Below are positions 45,167-54,367 of a stretch of 64,000 nucleotides of DNA, one piece after another. The notes under the pieces were generated by a model. The model had not been told where the DNA came from, ran no database searches, and saw nothing but the letters and a program-made list of their open reading frames with translations. The DNA lies in sequence record NC_071015.1. The stretch is one strand, 5' to 3'. Each line of letters starts with the position of its first letter. Position 1 is the first letter of the stretch. A program made the translations under genes and the position numbers.

Positions 45167-47134
45167 TTACTTAGTAGAAATCAGGGCAATGAGGCTGTTC
45201 AGATCATGCAGACTGGTAATGTCCACCACCGGAATGTTCCATTTCTTTGCTTTCTCTACTTTTGATGCACTCGGCTTCTGACCCACCATTAATACCTTGG
45301 TGGATTTCGTTACCTTATCCGATAACAGGAACCCGTGCTCACCTAAGGCATTACTCATCAGAGGACGAGTCAGCGCCACCCACGATCCCGTAATCGATAC
45401 CGGAATGCCATCCAGCGACGGAGAACGTGGTTTCGAGAAGTCATAGTGACTCAGGAACTTGGTGATCCCTTCCTGGTTCTGACGAATGTAGCTGCCAATG
45501 ACCAGACCGTCCAGACCGAACATGTCCTGCAAGAAAGTCGCATCGGTTAAGAACATCATCAGGGTTTTCAGATCGTGGAACTTCACCCCGTCTGTCATGC
45601 CGTTGGTCGACGCCAGATTAGAGATCTCGATTGCACGAGTCGGCCCTAACCCTGGAATCGCCAGACCGCTTAACCAACGGTACAGATCGTGGTTATTCAG
45701 ATGGGCAATTTGTTCAATGATGTTCCCTGCTGTCAAGACATCAATGCCGGAGTTAATCAGATCCTCTTCAGTGAGGTCAAACAACTCATGAGCATTACTC
45801 AAGAACCCGTTATCCAATAACGCCTGGATACGTTTGTCCCCGAGTCCTTTGATATCCAGCCCGTCTTTCCGATCGGTTAACCGAATCAGCTGACGCAGCA
45901 GTTGACCTGGACATGCTTCATTATTACAGAACGCCGTACCTGCTTCTTGATCCAGCGTCACCATTTCATTACAGAACGGGCATTCGTCTGGATATTTAAA
46001 GCGCGGACCGGTAGCCGGGGTAACCAGCTCCACAACACGAGGGATGATCTCGTTGGATTTGGTTACTTTGATGACAGCTCCCACACCCAGACCTTTATCG
46101 AAATAGCTTTGGACATAATCGAGTTTAGCACGGGTTAAGGTAGTGCCGTCATACTGGATCGGTTCATACAGCACCGTCGCCACCAACTGACCCAACATTG
46201 TCAGGCTCCAGTCAATACCGGTGACTTTGGTGTCAATTGCAATGGTCGGGAATTTGTAACAAGCCGCATAAGTCCAATACGCGGTGTCCTGAGGAAGATC
46301 CCATTTGCGCAGATCGTTATCTTTGACAACAATCCCGTCAATAGGGTAACCGTTTTTCGGGCGCTGTGGTAGACTGAGCAATTCATTAAGCAATGCACCG
46401 TCATACTTCATCGGAATGTCAAATCCAATACCGGCCAGATACTCCATCATTTCAGGATACGTTTCAAAGGAACTGCGAACCTTTGTACACGCTCCGTACA
46501 CTTTGAAGTAAATCGGAAGATCGTCACGCTCTGTGGCTTTGTGACGTTTCATTAAACCAGAGACAGTTGAACGAGGATCGGTGTCGTTTGGATCCAACCC
46601 GTGGCGCTCGACGTAGGCATCAAAGTCTGCATACATACAGAACGCTTCACCGGTGTACTCCGTACGACCTTTACCGACATCACTTTCAACCCGATCAGGG
46701 ACGTTCAGGAGGAGATGGCGTCGATGAGATAGATCTGCGCCATTATGACCGTCACCACGAGTATGAATGCGATGAAGCTCGCCATTAATATAGATAATGC
46801 GCAGCGCCATACCGTCGAGCTTTTCTTCATAGGTCGCTCCCGCCTGAATGTTGAGTTTCACCCACTTCTCAAAATCATCCCGATCTTTCTTCTTCGTGAT
46901 AGAGAGCATGGGTTCTTCAATTTTCACCAACTCCAGCACTGGATCGGGGGCAATGAATCCCGGACGCAGTGTGGGTTGATACGTGGGAGTATCTTCGACC
47001 AACTCCCAATACTCGCGTACTAAATCGTCGTACGCCGCATCACTGATAACCGGTGAGTCCTTTTCAGTATACATGTAGTCATGATACTTGATCTGGGCTT
47101 CCAGTTCCAAGATACGTTTGATATTCTTGGACAT
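45167..47134 (-). CDS. ligA: NAD-dependent DNA ligase
   Basis: YHDYMY/ISDAAYD domain Ia, EEKLDG adenylation motif, TRGDG, DGIVVK, Zn finger CPFC...CNNEAC, HhH region and C-terminal BRCT (KVTKSTKVLMVG). Confidence 0.95.
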   Translation of the reverse strand: MSKNIKRILELEAQIKYHDYMYTEKDSPVISDAAYDDLVREYWELVEDTPTYQPTLRPGFIAPDPVLELVKIEEPMLSITKKKDRDDFEKWVKLNIQAGATYEEKLDGMALRIIYINGELHRIHTRGDGHNGADLSHRRHLLLNVPDRVESDVGKGRTEYTGEAFCMYADFDAYVERHGLDPNDTDPRSTVSGLMKRHKATERDDLPIYFKVYGACTKVRSSFETYPEMMEYLAGIGFDIPMKYDGALLNELLSLPQRPKNGYPIDGIVVKDNDLRKWDLPQDTAYWTYAACYKFPTIAIDTKVTGIDWSLTMLGQLVATVLYEPIQYDGTTLTRAKLDYVQSYFDKGLGVGAVIKVTKSNEIIPRVVELVTPATGPRFKYPDECPFCNEMVTLDQEAGTAFCNNEACPGQLLRQLIRLTDRKDGLDIKGLGDKRIQALLDNGFLSNAHELFDLTEEDLINSGIDVLTAGNIIEQIAHLNNHDLYRWLSGLAIPGLGPTRAIEISNLASTNGMTDGVKFHDLKTLMMFLTDATFLQDMFGLDGLVIGSYIRQNQEGITKFLSHYDFSKPRSPSLDGIPVSITGSWVALTRPLMSNALGEHGFLLSDKVTKSTKVLMVGQKPSASKVEKAKKWNIPVVDITSLHDLNSLIALISTK

Positions 47135-47143
47135 AAGTTCCTC

Positions 47144-47866
47144 TTAGATTTCCCAACCTTTATTAAGACGGTCAATAACAACATTAACATCGTCTTTCAT
47201 TTCTTTTAACACATCAAGTGTTCCGTTATGAAGATTTTTAAATCGTGTAGCTTGACTCACTGCGTTGAATGCTCGGGTCATCCATTCGTTCACCTGCTTA
47301 ACCAGTATGTCAAAGTTCTCCACGCCCATGTCACGGTCGTAGCTATACGACTTGGTAGACTGAACTGAGGTTTCGAAAATAATGGTAATGAACAATGAAT
47401 AACGACGATTGTCTTCTTTCTTAAAAAGAACCTTAACGGAATCCTTGCGCTTATTTGGTTCGTAGAGTTCTAAATATACACCATCCTGTTTAACTTTAAT
47501 GCGGTGATTAAATTCATACGGAAAGTGTAAGGCTTCTTGGTATTTGACCAGTTGTGCCTCTATCCCAGCTCGCCATGGCTTGGAACGTTTGAACCGACCC
47601 ATCATCACCCCAAAATGGTGATTATAATAGAACGGGAGAACGACCCCCAATTTTAATATGTGGCGATGATAAGCTTTAATAAGATCAAGGACACTATTGT
47701 AACCCAGTATCCCGAATTCAGAGAAATCTTCAAGGTGAGATTCATTAAGCAGAATCTCGTGCTTGTAGAGCGCCAGTCTTTCTTTAAACTTTCCAGACAC
47801 CTCGTTACGGGTGCCTGTGAAAACAAAACGAATATCTGCGTACTCCACTACAATCTGGCCTTCCAT
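47144..47866 (-). CDS. Hypothetical protein (240 aa)
   Basis: AAGGA upstream; tiles. Confidence 0.72.
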   Translation of the reverse strand: MEGQIVVEYADIRFVFTGTRNEVSGKFKERLALYKHEILLNESHLEDFSEFGILGYNSVLDLIKAYHRHILKLGVVLPFYYNHHFGVMMGRFKRSKPWRAGIEAQLVKYQEALHFPYEFNHRIKVKQDGVYLELYEPNKRKDSVKVLFKKEDNRRYSLFITIIFETSVQSTKSYSYDRDMGVENFDILVKQVNEWMTRAFNAVSQATRFKNLHNGTLDVLKEMKDDVNVVIDRLNKGWEI

Positions 47867-47875
47867 TTATTTTCC

Positions 47876-48295
47876 TTAATGTACAGTGACGCTAGGATAT
47901 GATTCACGAATGTCATTAAACTCGTCTTCATACTTAACGTTTGCGAAGAAGTTATTGATCAAGTGCCAAACAGTATCATTACTGATGTAATCATACTGCT
48001 TCCAATGATCCGCCATTGAGAAACTGTTTTTCAAACAAGCGCTCAGATCATACCACGATTGCAGCCCTACAACGCTGTCAATCGCATCAACCCGAACGTT
48101 GTCTTTCAGTAATGCTGACTTAAGGTAAACTACCTCCACCGGTCCCTCTGGTGTCACCCCTACTCCCATAAAGTCAATGTTAACAATAATGGACAACCCT
48201 AACTCTACGATTTCGCAAGAACCATAAAACGACTCTTTCTTTTTGTTCATTTTAGAATACCCAGCAAAAAAGTAACCAGGGATGGAATTACCCAT
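47876..48295 (-). CDS. Hypothetical protein (139 aa)
   Basis: GGGG upstream; tiles. Confidence 0.68.
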   Translation of the reverse strand: MGNSIPGYFFAGYSKMNKKKESFYGSCEIVELGLSIIVNIDFMGVGVTPEGPVEVVYLKSALLKDNVRVDAIDSVVGLQSWYDLSACLKNSFSMADHWKQYDYISNDTVWHLINNFFANVKYEDEFNDIRESYPSVTVH

Positions 48296-48311
48296 CCCCA
48301 GTTAGTTAAAG

Positions 48312-48575
48312 TTACATATTAGCAATAATATTTTCAAGAGAAGCTTGTGCCTCTACAGAAAGGGGTGAAGTAGGAGTGTAGCCGATAACAGCGCCGGTAG
48401 TGTCGTCCAGGGTTACGAATGCCTGGGGAACACCGCCGAAACTGATTACCGCCGTACGACCACCTACTTCGGTTTGTGAATATTCAATGGTCGCGTTCGT
48501 AATGCCCATACCGGGAAGGGCGGGTGACAGGATGTTGTTTGAATCCATAGTGCATGGAATAGACTGCTGGCTCAT
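48312..48575 (-). CDS. Small hypothetical protein (87 aa)
   Basis: GAGG upstream; tiles. Confidence 0.68.
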   Translation of the reverse strand: MSQQSIPCTMDSNNILSPALPGMGITNATIEYSQTEVGGRTAVISFGGVPQAFVTLDDTTGAVIGYTPTSPLSVEAQASLENIIANM

Positions 48576-48641
48576 TTGAGCTTACCTCATGTTAAAATAG
48601 TTTTCCATTCACAACATCACGATACGCGTAGATATTAACAT

Positions 48642-49430
48642 TTAACTGCCAAAACCTACATACTTGGTAGTATTAGCGATCGCGGTTGTCATGTCGTGCG
48701 AATAGAGTCCATTGTAGGCCTCTGCTAGTTGTTCACGTCCGTGTTGGTTGAAAACGAATTGCTGAATTTTAGCGGCATAGAAAGAACGTTCTTTCTTGAC
48801 TTTCTGATCTAAGAATAAGCGAAATTCTCGTGCTGTCCGCACTTGTCCATTCGGCTTAACAAACAAAGACCAATTCCCTTTAGAAATGCGAACCAGTTTG
48901 CTGATCGGCATATTGCTGTTTGAGTTTATCACTCGGGCTGCCATATCACGACCTAAGAAATGGGTCATGTAGAGATCGCCTGTTCTTACTTGTTCAGCAC
49001 TTAAGTGGGTCCTCTCAACGAGGAACCGTTTTGCATCTTGAAGACTTTCGGCTCCAATTAACAAACTTGCTTTTGGATCCCGGACGCTAGCGTTCTTCGG
49101 AAGCCCCAATTTAGAGTGATACGCTTTGCGATCACTTACCCAGGTGCCTTTGGTATGCCCTAACATACCGGAGGCAGATGAACACGAACTTTTTGCAGTC
49201 GGTACTAAACTGGATTCAATACTAGCGATAGCGGTGAGATCCGCCATATCCATACCCGTCGCTTTTGCTGCATTGTAAAGATCTAACTTCACTTTGTCGA
49301 AGCGATCCAGCATTATCTTTTTTGTGTAGTCATTTGGTTTGGCGCCCACTGAAGCATTAGCCATTCCAAAGCTCGCAACCCATCCCATAAAAAATACGAA
49401 GAGAATGGAAATGATACTGTTGGTTTTCAT
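48642..49430 (-). CDS. Lytic transglycosylase (SLT / phiKZ gp144-like catalytic domain) with an N-terminal signal or TM segment
   Basis: IASIESS with the catalytic Glu, SSASG, RDPKASLLIGAE, DLYMTHFLG; hydrophobic N-terminus SIISILFVFFMGWVASFGMANA. Confidence 0.82.
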   Translation of the reverse strand: MKTNSIISILFVFFMGWVASFGMANASVGAKPNDYTKKIMLDRFDKVKLDLYNAAKATGMDMADLTAIASIESSLVPTAKSSCSSASGMLGHTKGTWVSDRKAYHSKLGLPKNASVRDPKASLLIGAESLQDAKRFLVERTHLSAEQVRTGDLYMTHFLGRDMAARVINSNSNMPISKLVRISKGNWSLFVKPNGQVRTAREFRLFLDQKVKKERSFYAAKIQQFVFNQHGREQLAEAYNGLYSHDMTTAIANTTKYVGFGS

Positions 49431-49485
49431 ATGGTTTTCCTGATAGTGTCACATTGAACTAAAAGATCATTATCTTTTACATGCT

Positions 49486-49506
49486 GATAATATTTGCCCA
49501 AAAAGA
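49486..49506 (-). promoter_or_regulatory. Putative phage promoter; exact 21-bp repeat of 7865..7885
   Basis: GATAATATTTGCCCAAAAAGA. Confidence 0.6.
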
Positions 49507-49638
49507 TATACGTTGAAGTTTTTTATACACCGTGGGAACGGTATATAAAGGCCATAAATAGCAAAGTATTGAAAATACCAGTATTTTATTAATGAAAGCC
49601 TATTGAAATCCCCATTAAAATAGGCTTCCGATTAATTA

Positions 49639-50217
49639 TCAACGTTCGATATCGTCCATGAAAATTTCAAGATCGATTCCGACTACCGTGGCATTCAAGT
49701 CATCCATCGTGGTGTGTTGGAACTCTAATGCCCAGTATCCGGTATTAAAACTGATCTTTAATGGGATATCGTTAATGGTCGACCAGCGCGGTAGAGGTGG
49801 TAGAAAGTCATATGGGAAAAACAACTCAAACCCATTCGGATGATGTAATTTCCCATCGATTCCCCATTCTCGATAATTGGTGGGGGCTAACGTAATATAA
49901 GTGCTAGGGTCGTCAATATCAAGAATACCGACTTCCCCGTAATATGGTTTGCCTTCGTCATCGAGCACTTCTAAGATTAGCTTTTTTATTCGCATATCTG
50001 GTTTAATACTGGAAGTGCTTGTCCAGGTATAACCTTCTGGCCGGCAAAGTACGAACAGATTAGGAATAACCCCGGGTTTGATATGACTGCTGAGAAACTC
50101 CCCTTTATAGAAAGGGTGGTTATTGCGGATAATGGTAAATGGAGCAACTTTATTTACATCAATAAAGTAATCTTTATTTTGGTTGTTCCATTGCGGAAAA
50201 AGAAGAATAGGTTCCAT
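49639..50217 (-). CDS. Hypothetical protein (192 aa)
   Basis: GGAG upstream; follows the SbcC-like gene. Confidence 0.75.
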   Translation of the reverse strand: MEPILLFPQWNNQNKDYFIDVNKVAPFTIIRNNHPFYKGEFLSSHIKPGVIPNLFVLCRPEGYTWTSTSSIKPDMRIKKLILEVLDDEGKPYYGEVGILDIDDPSTYITLAPTNYREWGIDGKLHHPNGFELFFPYDFLPPLPRWSTINDIPLKISFNTGYWALEFQHTTMDDLNATVVGIDLEIFMDDIER

Positions 50218-50248
50218 AAGTTCTCCAGGGGAGTTTCCTCCCCATTGA

Positions 50249-52744
50249 TTATCGAATAATGGCTTTCTGGTTTACTTTCACCGGAACCGTCAAACCTTCT
50301 GTATTAAGCGCAATCACGTTGGAGTTGTTAAACACCCCATACTGGTTAATGTAGTGACTGATCATAAACACCTGTGGAAGTTTATCTAAACGTAACTGTT
50401 CAGCCACGTATGCACAGAACCGACCACGGTGCAATTCATCAAATGCCACCCCTACTTCATCCATCATCAACGGAATCCCGCAACGCTCTCCCAGGTAACG
50501 CAGGATAACGATACGAAACGCAAAGTTGATGATCTCCCTTTCTCCCCCACTGCAATACGCCACATCTTTATTCGGTTTATCTTTATTACCTGAGAAGACC
50601 GGGAACTGGTAGTTCAAATCCACATCTTCATCCGAGGTACTGGTAGAGCAGTTCAATACTTGCAGACGACCCGTCCAGATAGGTTGAATAATGGCATTGA
50701 CGTTTGCTACCACCGATTTCAAGAAGTCATTCATGTAGTAACCAATCAGACCTTTCACCGGCGACAATCCGTCCATCAATAAAGCAGTGTGTTTCTCTCG
50801 TCTTTCCAAATCGGCGATGTTGTCTTTAATAGACTGAATCACCGAGTGCAGAGACTCTGAACGAATCAGATTGGAGATCAGTTGGGACTTCCGAGGTGTG
50901 AGTTCGTCAATGGCTTGCTCAACCCGTTCTTTGATCTTGTATTGACCATTACGAGTGAGTACATCTTCTAACTCATCAGTCAGAATGCGCAACCGGTCAC
51001 GGCGTTGCATGTCCAACGTGATGACATCTTGCTGTTCAGCAATGTGCTTCATTTCTTTTAATGTACGGGCAATGCTGCGCTGCACTGATGCCAATTCTCG
51101 TTCAACGTACTCTGCACGTTTGAGCATGGTTTCAATATCCGCACTCTCTAAGAAAGCAATCTGTTTTTCAACCGACTCTTTCTCTTCACGTAACCGTAAG
51201 CCCAGCTCAGAAGACTCCACATACTCAGCCACTGCTTTAATCAGGTCAATCAGAACAGACGTGTCTTTCTTACCCACCTCGTAATTCTTAACCAGTTTAA
51301 TAACAATCATCCCGATCTCGTCCGCATTACGGGCAAAACGGGTCAAGGCTGCCATACTCTCATACCAACCCATGTTGTCATTAATGTAGTCAGTGTGCTT
51401 CAGTATAGATACATTCAGTTCGGTTAATCGCCCCTCGAGTGCAGTAAGCTGGTTCTGTAACTGTTCTGGGTTAAACTTTTCAAAGCCCAGTTTGAACTGA
51501 TGGTCACATTTTGGACAGTCTACGGCTTCGGCTTTATTGTAATGGTTCAGCGTATGGCGAAGTTCATCCATCTTGGCTTTCACCCCATTACGCTCAGCAG
51601 TCGCCTCCTCCAACTGTTTTTGCACCCACTGGTATTTGGTTGAGTTAATCTCAGGATCCACAGCACGAGAAACTGCCTGAATTTGCCACACCAGTTCGGT
51701 GGAGAGTAAAGCAAACTCTTTAAAGCCAGCTTCATCCAAAGACGTCCATGGGGTGAAGTGCTCTTTATGAGAATCCAATTTGTCTTTTAACGAGTTCCAC
51801 CGAACACTGTTATCATCCAACATCTTGTCAATGTTTTCTAACCGACTCTTATAACTGGCCAAGTTGTTATTGGAGTCGTGACCCGCCAACTGAGTGGCCA
51901 TTTCGGTTAACATGGTGGACAACCGGACTTCTTTAGTCTTGTAATAGTCCAGTGAGCTGAGGCAACGTTCTCTTTGTTGCATCAAGATACTTTCTGGATG
52001 TTTGACTATTGAGTTTACCCCAATGAGAAACGAGATGATGTTGGCAATCTCTTTCTTAAGCGGAGTAATGTCTTGATGTTCAACGTGTTGAAGCTGACCG
52101 TGAATAATCAGGGCGTTCTTAATCTGATCATCCAGCAATTGGATCTCTTCTTGCAACTTGGCTGAATCCATTGACGCCAATTGAGTCAGACGCCCTTCTT
52201 CTACTACCAAACGTTGACGCTGAGTCTTTAACCCGCCTTTAATCGCGTTCAAATTGCTCTTGAGCTTTTCAAACACTTTCAACCCAAAGCTGGTGTCGTT
52301 CGGGTTAACCGTCATCAGAAACTCTTTACGACGGGCTGTGGATAAGGTGGTAAAAAGATCCCTGACATCCAACCCAGTGATGATATTGTTAATGTTCGGG
52401 GTCACACCAAAATGGATTTTCACCAACTCACGTTGAACCAATAATGTGTTACCTTCGTTTAGGTTCTTTCCGTTATGGATAAAGTGGTGTTCTGAAGACT
52501 TACCCGTGGTGGATTTTAGGATATATGTATCTTTCCCGATAACGTGATGACTCTCTTTATAACCTCCCGGCATAAAGTCCGCATTGTCCGGTGGGTACAC
52601 GGTAAGTTGTCTTAATAAAGATGTTTTACCGAAACCGTTTCGTCCAAGGATAATATTAAAAATATCATTGGTGTTTAATTCGATATAAGTTACATTCTTC
52701 TTTGCCAGAGGAATATAGTCTTTTAAAATCAATTTGGTTAACAT
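50249..52744 (-). CDS. SbcC/Rad50-like SMC ATPase
   Basis: Walker A GRNGFGKTS, long coiled coils, CPKC zinc hook, signature CSGGE, Walker B LMMDEVG, H-loop ISH. Confidence 0.9.
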   Translation of the reverse strand: MLTKLILKDYIPLAKKNVTYIELNTNDIFNIILGRNGFGKTSLLRQLTVYPPDNADFMPGGYKESHHVIGKDTYILKSTTGKSSEHHFIHNGKNLNEGNTLLVQRELVKIHFGVTPNINNIITGLDVRDLFTTLSTARRKEFLMTVNPNDTSFGLKVFEKLKSNLNAIKGGLKTQRQRLVVEEGRLTQLASMDSAKLQEEIQLLDDQIKNALIIHGQLQHVEHQDITPLKKEIANIISFLIGVNSIVKHPESILMQQRERCLSSLDYYKTKEVRLSTMLTEMATQLAGHDSNNNLASYKSRLENIDKMLDDNSVRWNSLKDKLDSHKEHFTPWTSLDEAGFKEFALLSTELVWQIQAVSRAVDPEINSTKYQWVQKQLEEATAERNGVKAKMDELRHTLNHYNKAEAVDCPKCDHQFKLGFEKFNPEQLQNQLTALEGRLTELNVSILKHTDYINDNMGWYESMAALTRFARNADEIGMIVIKLVKNYEVGKKDTSVLIDLIKAVAEYVESSELGLRLREEKESVEKQIAFLESADIETMLKRAEYVERELASVQRSIARTLKEMKHIAEQQDVITLDMQRRDRLRILTDELEDVLTRNGQYKIKERVEQAIDELTPRKSQLISNLIRSESLHSVIQSIKDNIADLERREKHTALLMDGLSPVKGLIGYYMNDFLKSVVANVNAIIQPIWTGRLQVLNCSTSTSDEDVDLNYQFPVFSGNKDKPNKDVAYCSGGEREIINFAFRIVILRYLGERCGIPLMMDEVGVAFDELHRGRFCAYVAEQLRLDKLPQVFMISHYINQYGVFNNSNVIALNTEGLTVPVKVNQKAIIR

Positions 52745-52765
52745 GACAACCTCAAAGGTTTTGGT

Positions 52766-53725
52766 ATGAATATATTAGAGTGCTATGGTGTTGGCACGGT
52801 TACCATGGATAAGGATCTCAACACTGATGAAATCCAGGTACATGTTAAGTCTCTGTTTCCGGAAGCAGACGGTGAAGCTGTCACTGCAATAGAGACCAAA
52901 AATGTAACTACCCAGACACCTACAGGAGATACAACCTCCAGTACTACTTTACAATCTAACACCGTTGCTGCGAAATGGATGGCCTTAAACACGAACCGTG
53001 TTACGGCTCCAGATGTCCGCAAAGGCAGTAAAGTGGTGGTGTACAAATTTGCCGGTCAAGATGTGTATCGCTGGACCTATTTTGGTATGGACGGCACACT
53101 ACGCTTAGAAACGGTCATCTATGCATTCTCGGCATCACCAAAGGTAGACCTTAATACACCGGTTACCCCGGACAACTATTACATGTTCATGATCAGCACG
53201 CATCAGAAAAAGATCCAGCTGGTGACGGGACAAGGTAATGGTGAAAAAGCTGCCTACGTTATTGAACTCAATACTGGTGATGGTCAGTTCAGTATTGTGG
53301 ACAGTGAAGATAACATCATTTCACTCAACTCCATTGAACATGCTTTCTCCTATATTAATGCTGAAAAGTCATTCTTAAACATTGAGAAAAAAGACTTTAC
53401 GCTCTCTTGTGAAAATCAAGGGATCATCAAAGCCAAGAACACGTTAGCGATTCAATGTAAAGATCTCCAACTGAAAGCCGATAACAGTATCGCGGTGGAA
53501 ACAAAAACAACGAGTTGGATTTCCCCCGATATTTATTTTAAAGGCAATATCAAACACGACGGGAATTACACCCAAACCGGTAATACCACTATTAAAGGTA
53601 GCTTCAACCAGTCAGGTGGGCAAGGTACGGTTGACGGTGGCTGGACCATTGACGGCATTCGTTACTTGGGTCACAGACACGGTGGTGTACAAAGCGGTGG
53701 TAGTAAAACCAACACTCCTGAATAA
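52766..53725 (+). CDS. Baseplate central spike (gpV/gp5-like; phiKZ gp164-like)
   Basis: N-terminal OB-fold-like region, beta-helix-type repeats (GNIKHDGNYTQTGNTTIKGSFNQSGG) and apex motif HRHGGVQSG (H-x-H metal site). Confidence 0.82.
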   Translation: MNILECYGVGTVTMDKDLNTDEIQVHVKSLFPEADGEAVTAIETKNVTTQTPTGDTTSSTTLQSNTVAAKWMALNTNRVTAPDVRKGSKVVVYKFAGQDVYRWTYFGMDGTLRLETVIYAFSASPKVDLNTPVTPDNYYMFMISTHQKKIQLVTGQGNGEKAAYVIELNTGDGQFSIVDSEDNIISLNSIEHAFSYINAEKSFLNIEKKDFTLSCENQGIIKAKNTLAIQCKDLQLKADNSIAVETKTTSWISPDIYFKGNIKHDGNYTQTGNTTIKGSFNQSGGQGTVDGGWTIDGIRYLGHRHGGVQSGGSKTNTPE

Positions 53726-53737
53726 AGGATATTTAAT

Positions 53738-54322
53738 ATGCACCCTGGTGAAGTTGAACATTTTGCAACCATGGTATCTGGTTGCGAGGACCTTAATAAT
53801 GGCCTTGCAAGTTCTGATGCGGTGTATGCCAAAGCGGTTCTTAAAAATTATGCAGGAATGGAAGGTAACTGGTTGGGCGGATTTACCAACGCAGTTAAAA
53901 GCTGGACGAATAACCCACTAAACCTTATTCCGGCCCTTGCTAAAGGTCAGGCTGAAATAAATGGGGAACTTCAACCTGCCGCTCAAAGTGTTATGGAAAT
54001 GGCTTTATATGACCTTATGAACGATTTCTCTAAAGTAGATAAATCGATCGCTAATAAAGCTAAATCAATTGCTAAATCCCTAGATAATAATAATTGGGAC
54101 AATAACGTTTTTGTTAAAGAATGTTCAAACCTTATGAAATCAATAAATGGGTTAGTTCAAACAGAAATCAAACGCGTTAATAAAAAGAATGGCAATAAAG
54201 AGGCAGTGAAAGAAATTAATCATCTTATCCAAGCCGGTAGTCGATTTAGTAGTGCCTTTAACAAATACGGAAGTAAATCCAGAGGCATCATTAATAAATG
54301 GTTTGAAAAAAGAAAGAAATAA
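53738..54322 (+). CDS. Probable virion head protein with a cleavable propeptide
   Basis: AGMEG motif at aa 39-43, the same as in 41809..43482; co-oriented with the spike gene. Confidence 0.55.
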   Translation: MHPGEVEHFATMVSGCEDLNNGLASSDAVYAKAVLKNYAGMEGNWLGGFTNAVKSWTNNPLNLIPALAKGQAEINGELQPAAQSVMEMALYDLMNDFSKVDKSIANKAKSIAKSLDNNNWDNNVFVKECSNLMKSINGLVQTEIKRVNKKNGNKEAVKEINHLIQAGSRFSSAFNKYGSKSRGIINKWFEKRKK

Positions 54323-54367
54323 ACATAACTCCTACTTCCCCAACTGGGGAAGTAGGAGACTATGCTG
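54318..54367. terminator. Bidirectional intrinsic terminator between convergent genes
   Basis: CTCCTACTTCCCC/GGGGAAGTAGGAG (54329-54341/54346-54358); stem nearly identical to the one at 1967-1996. Confidence 0.8.

Noticed and set aside
52760-52770. phiKZ-type late promoter TATG at structural gene starts (also near 1345, 9218, 53737)
   Set aside because: A 4-mer overlapping ATG codons occurs too often by chance to call without start-site data.
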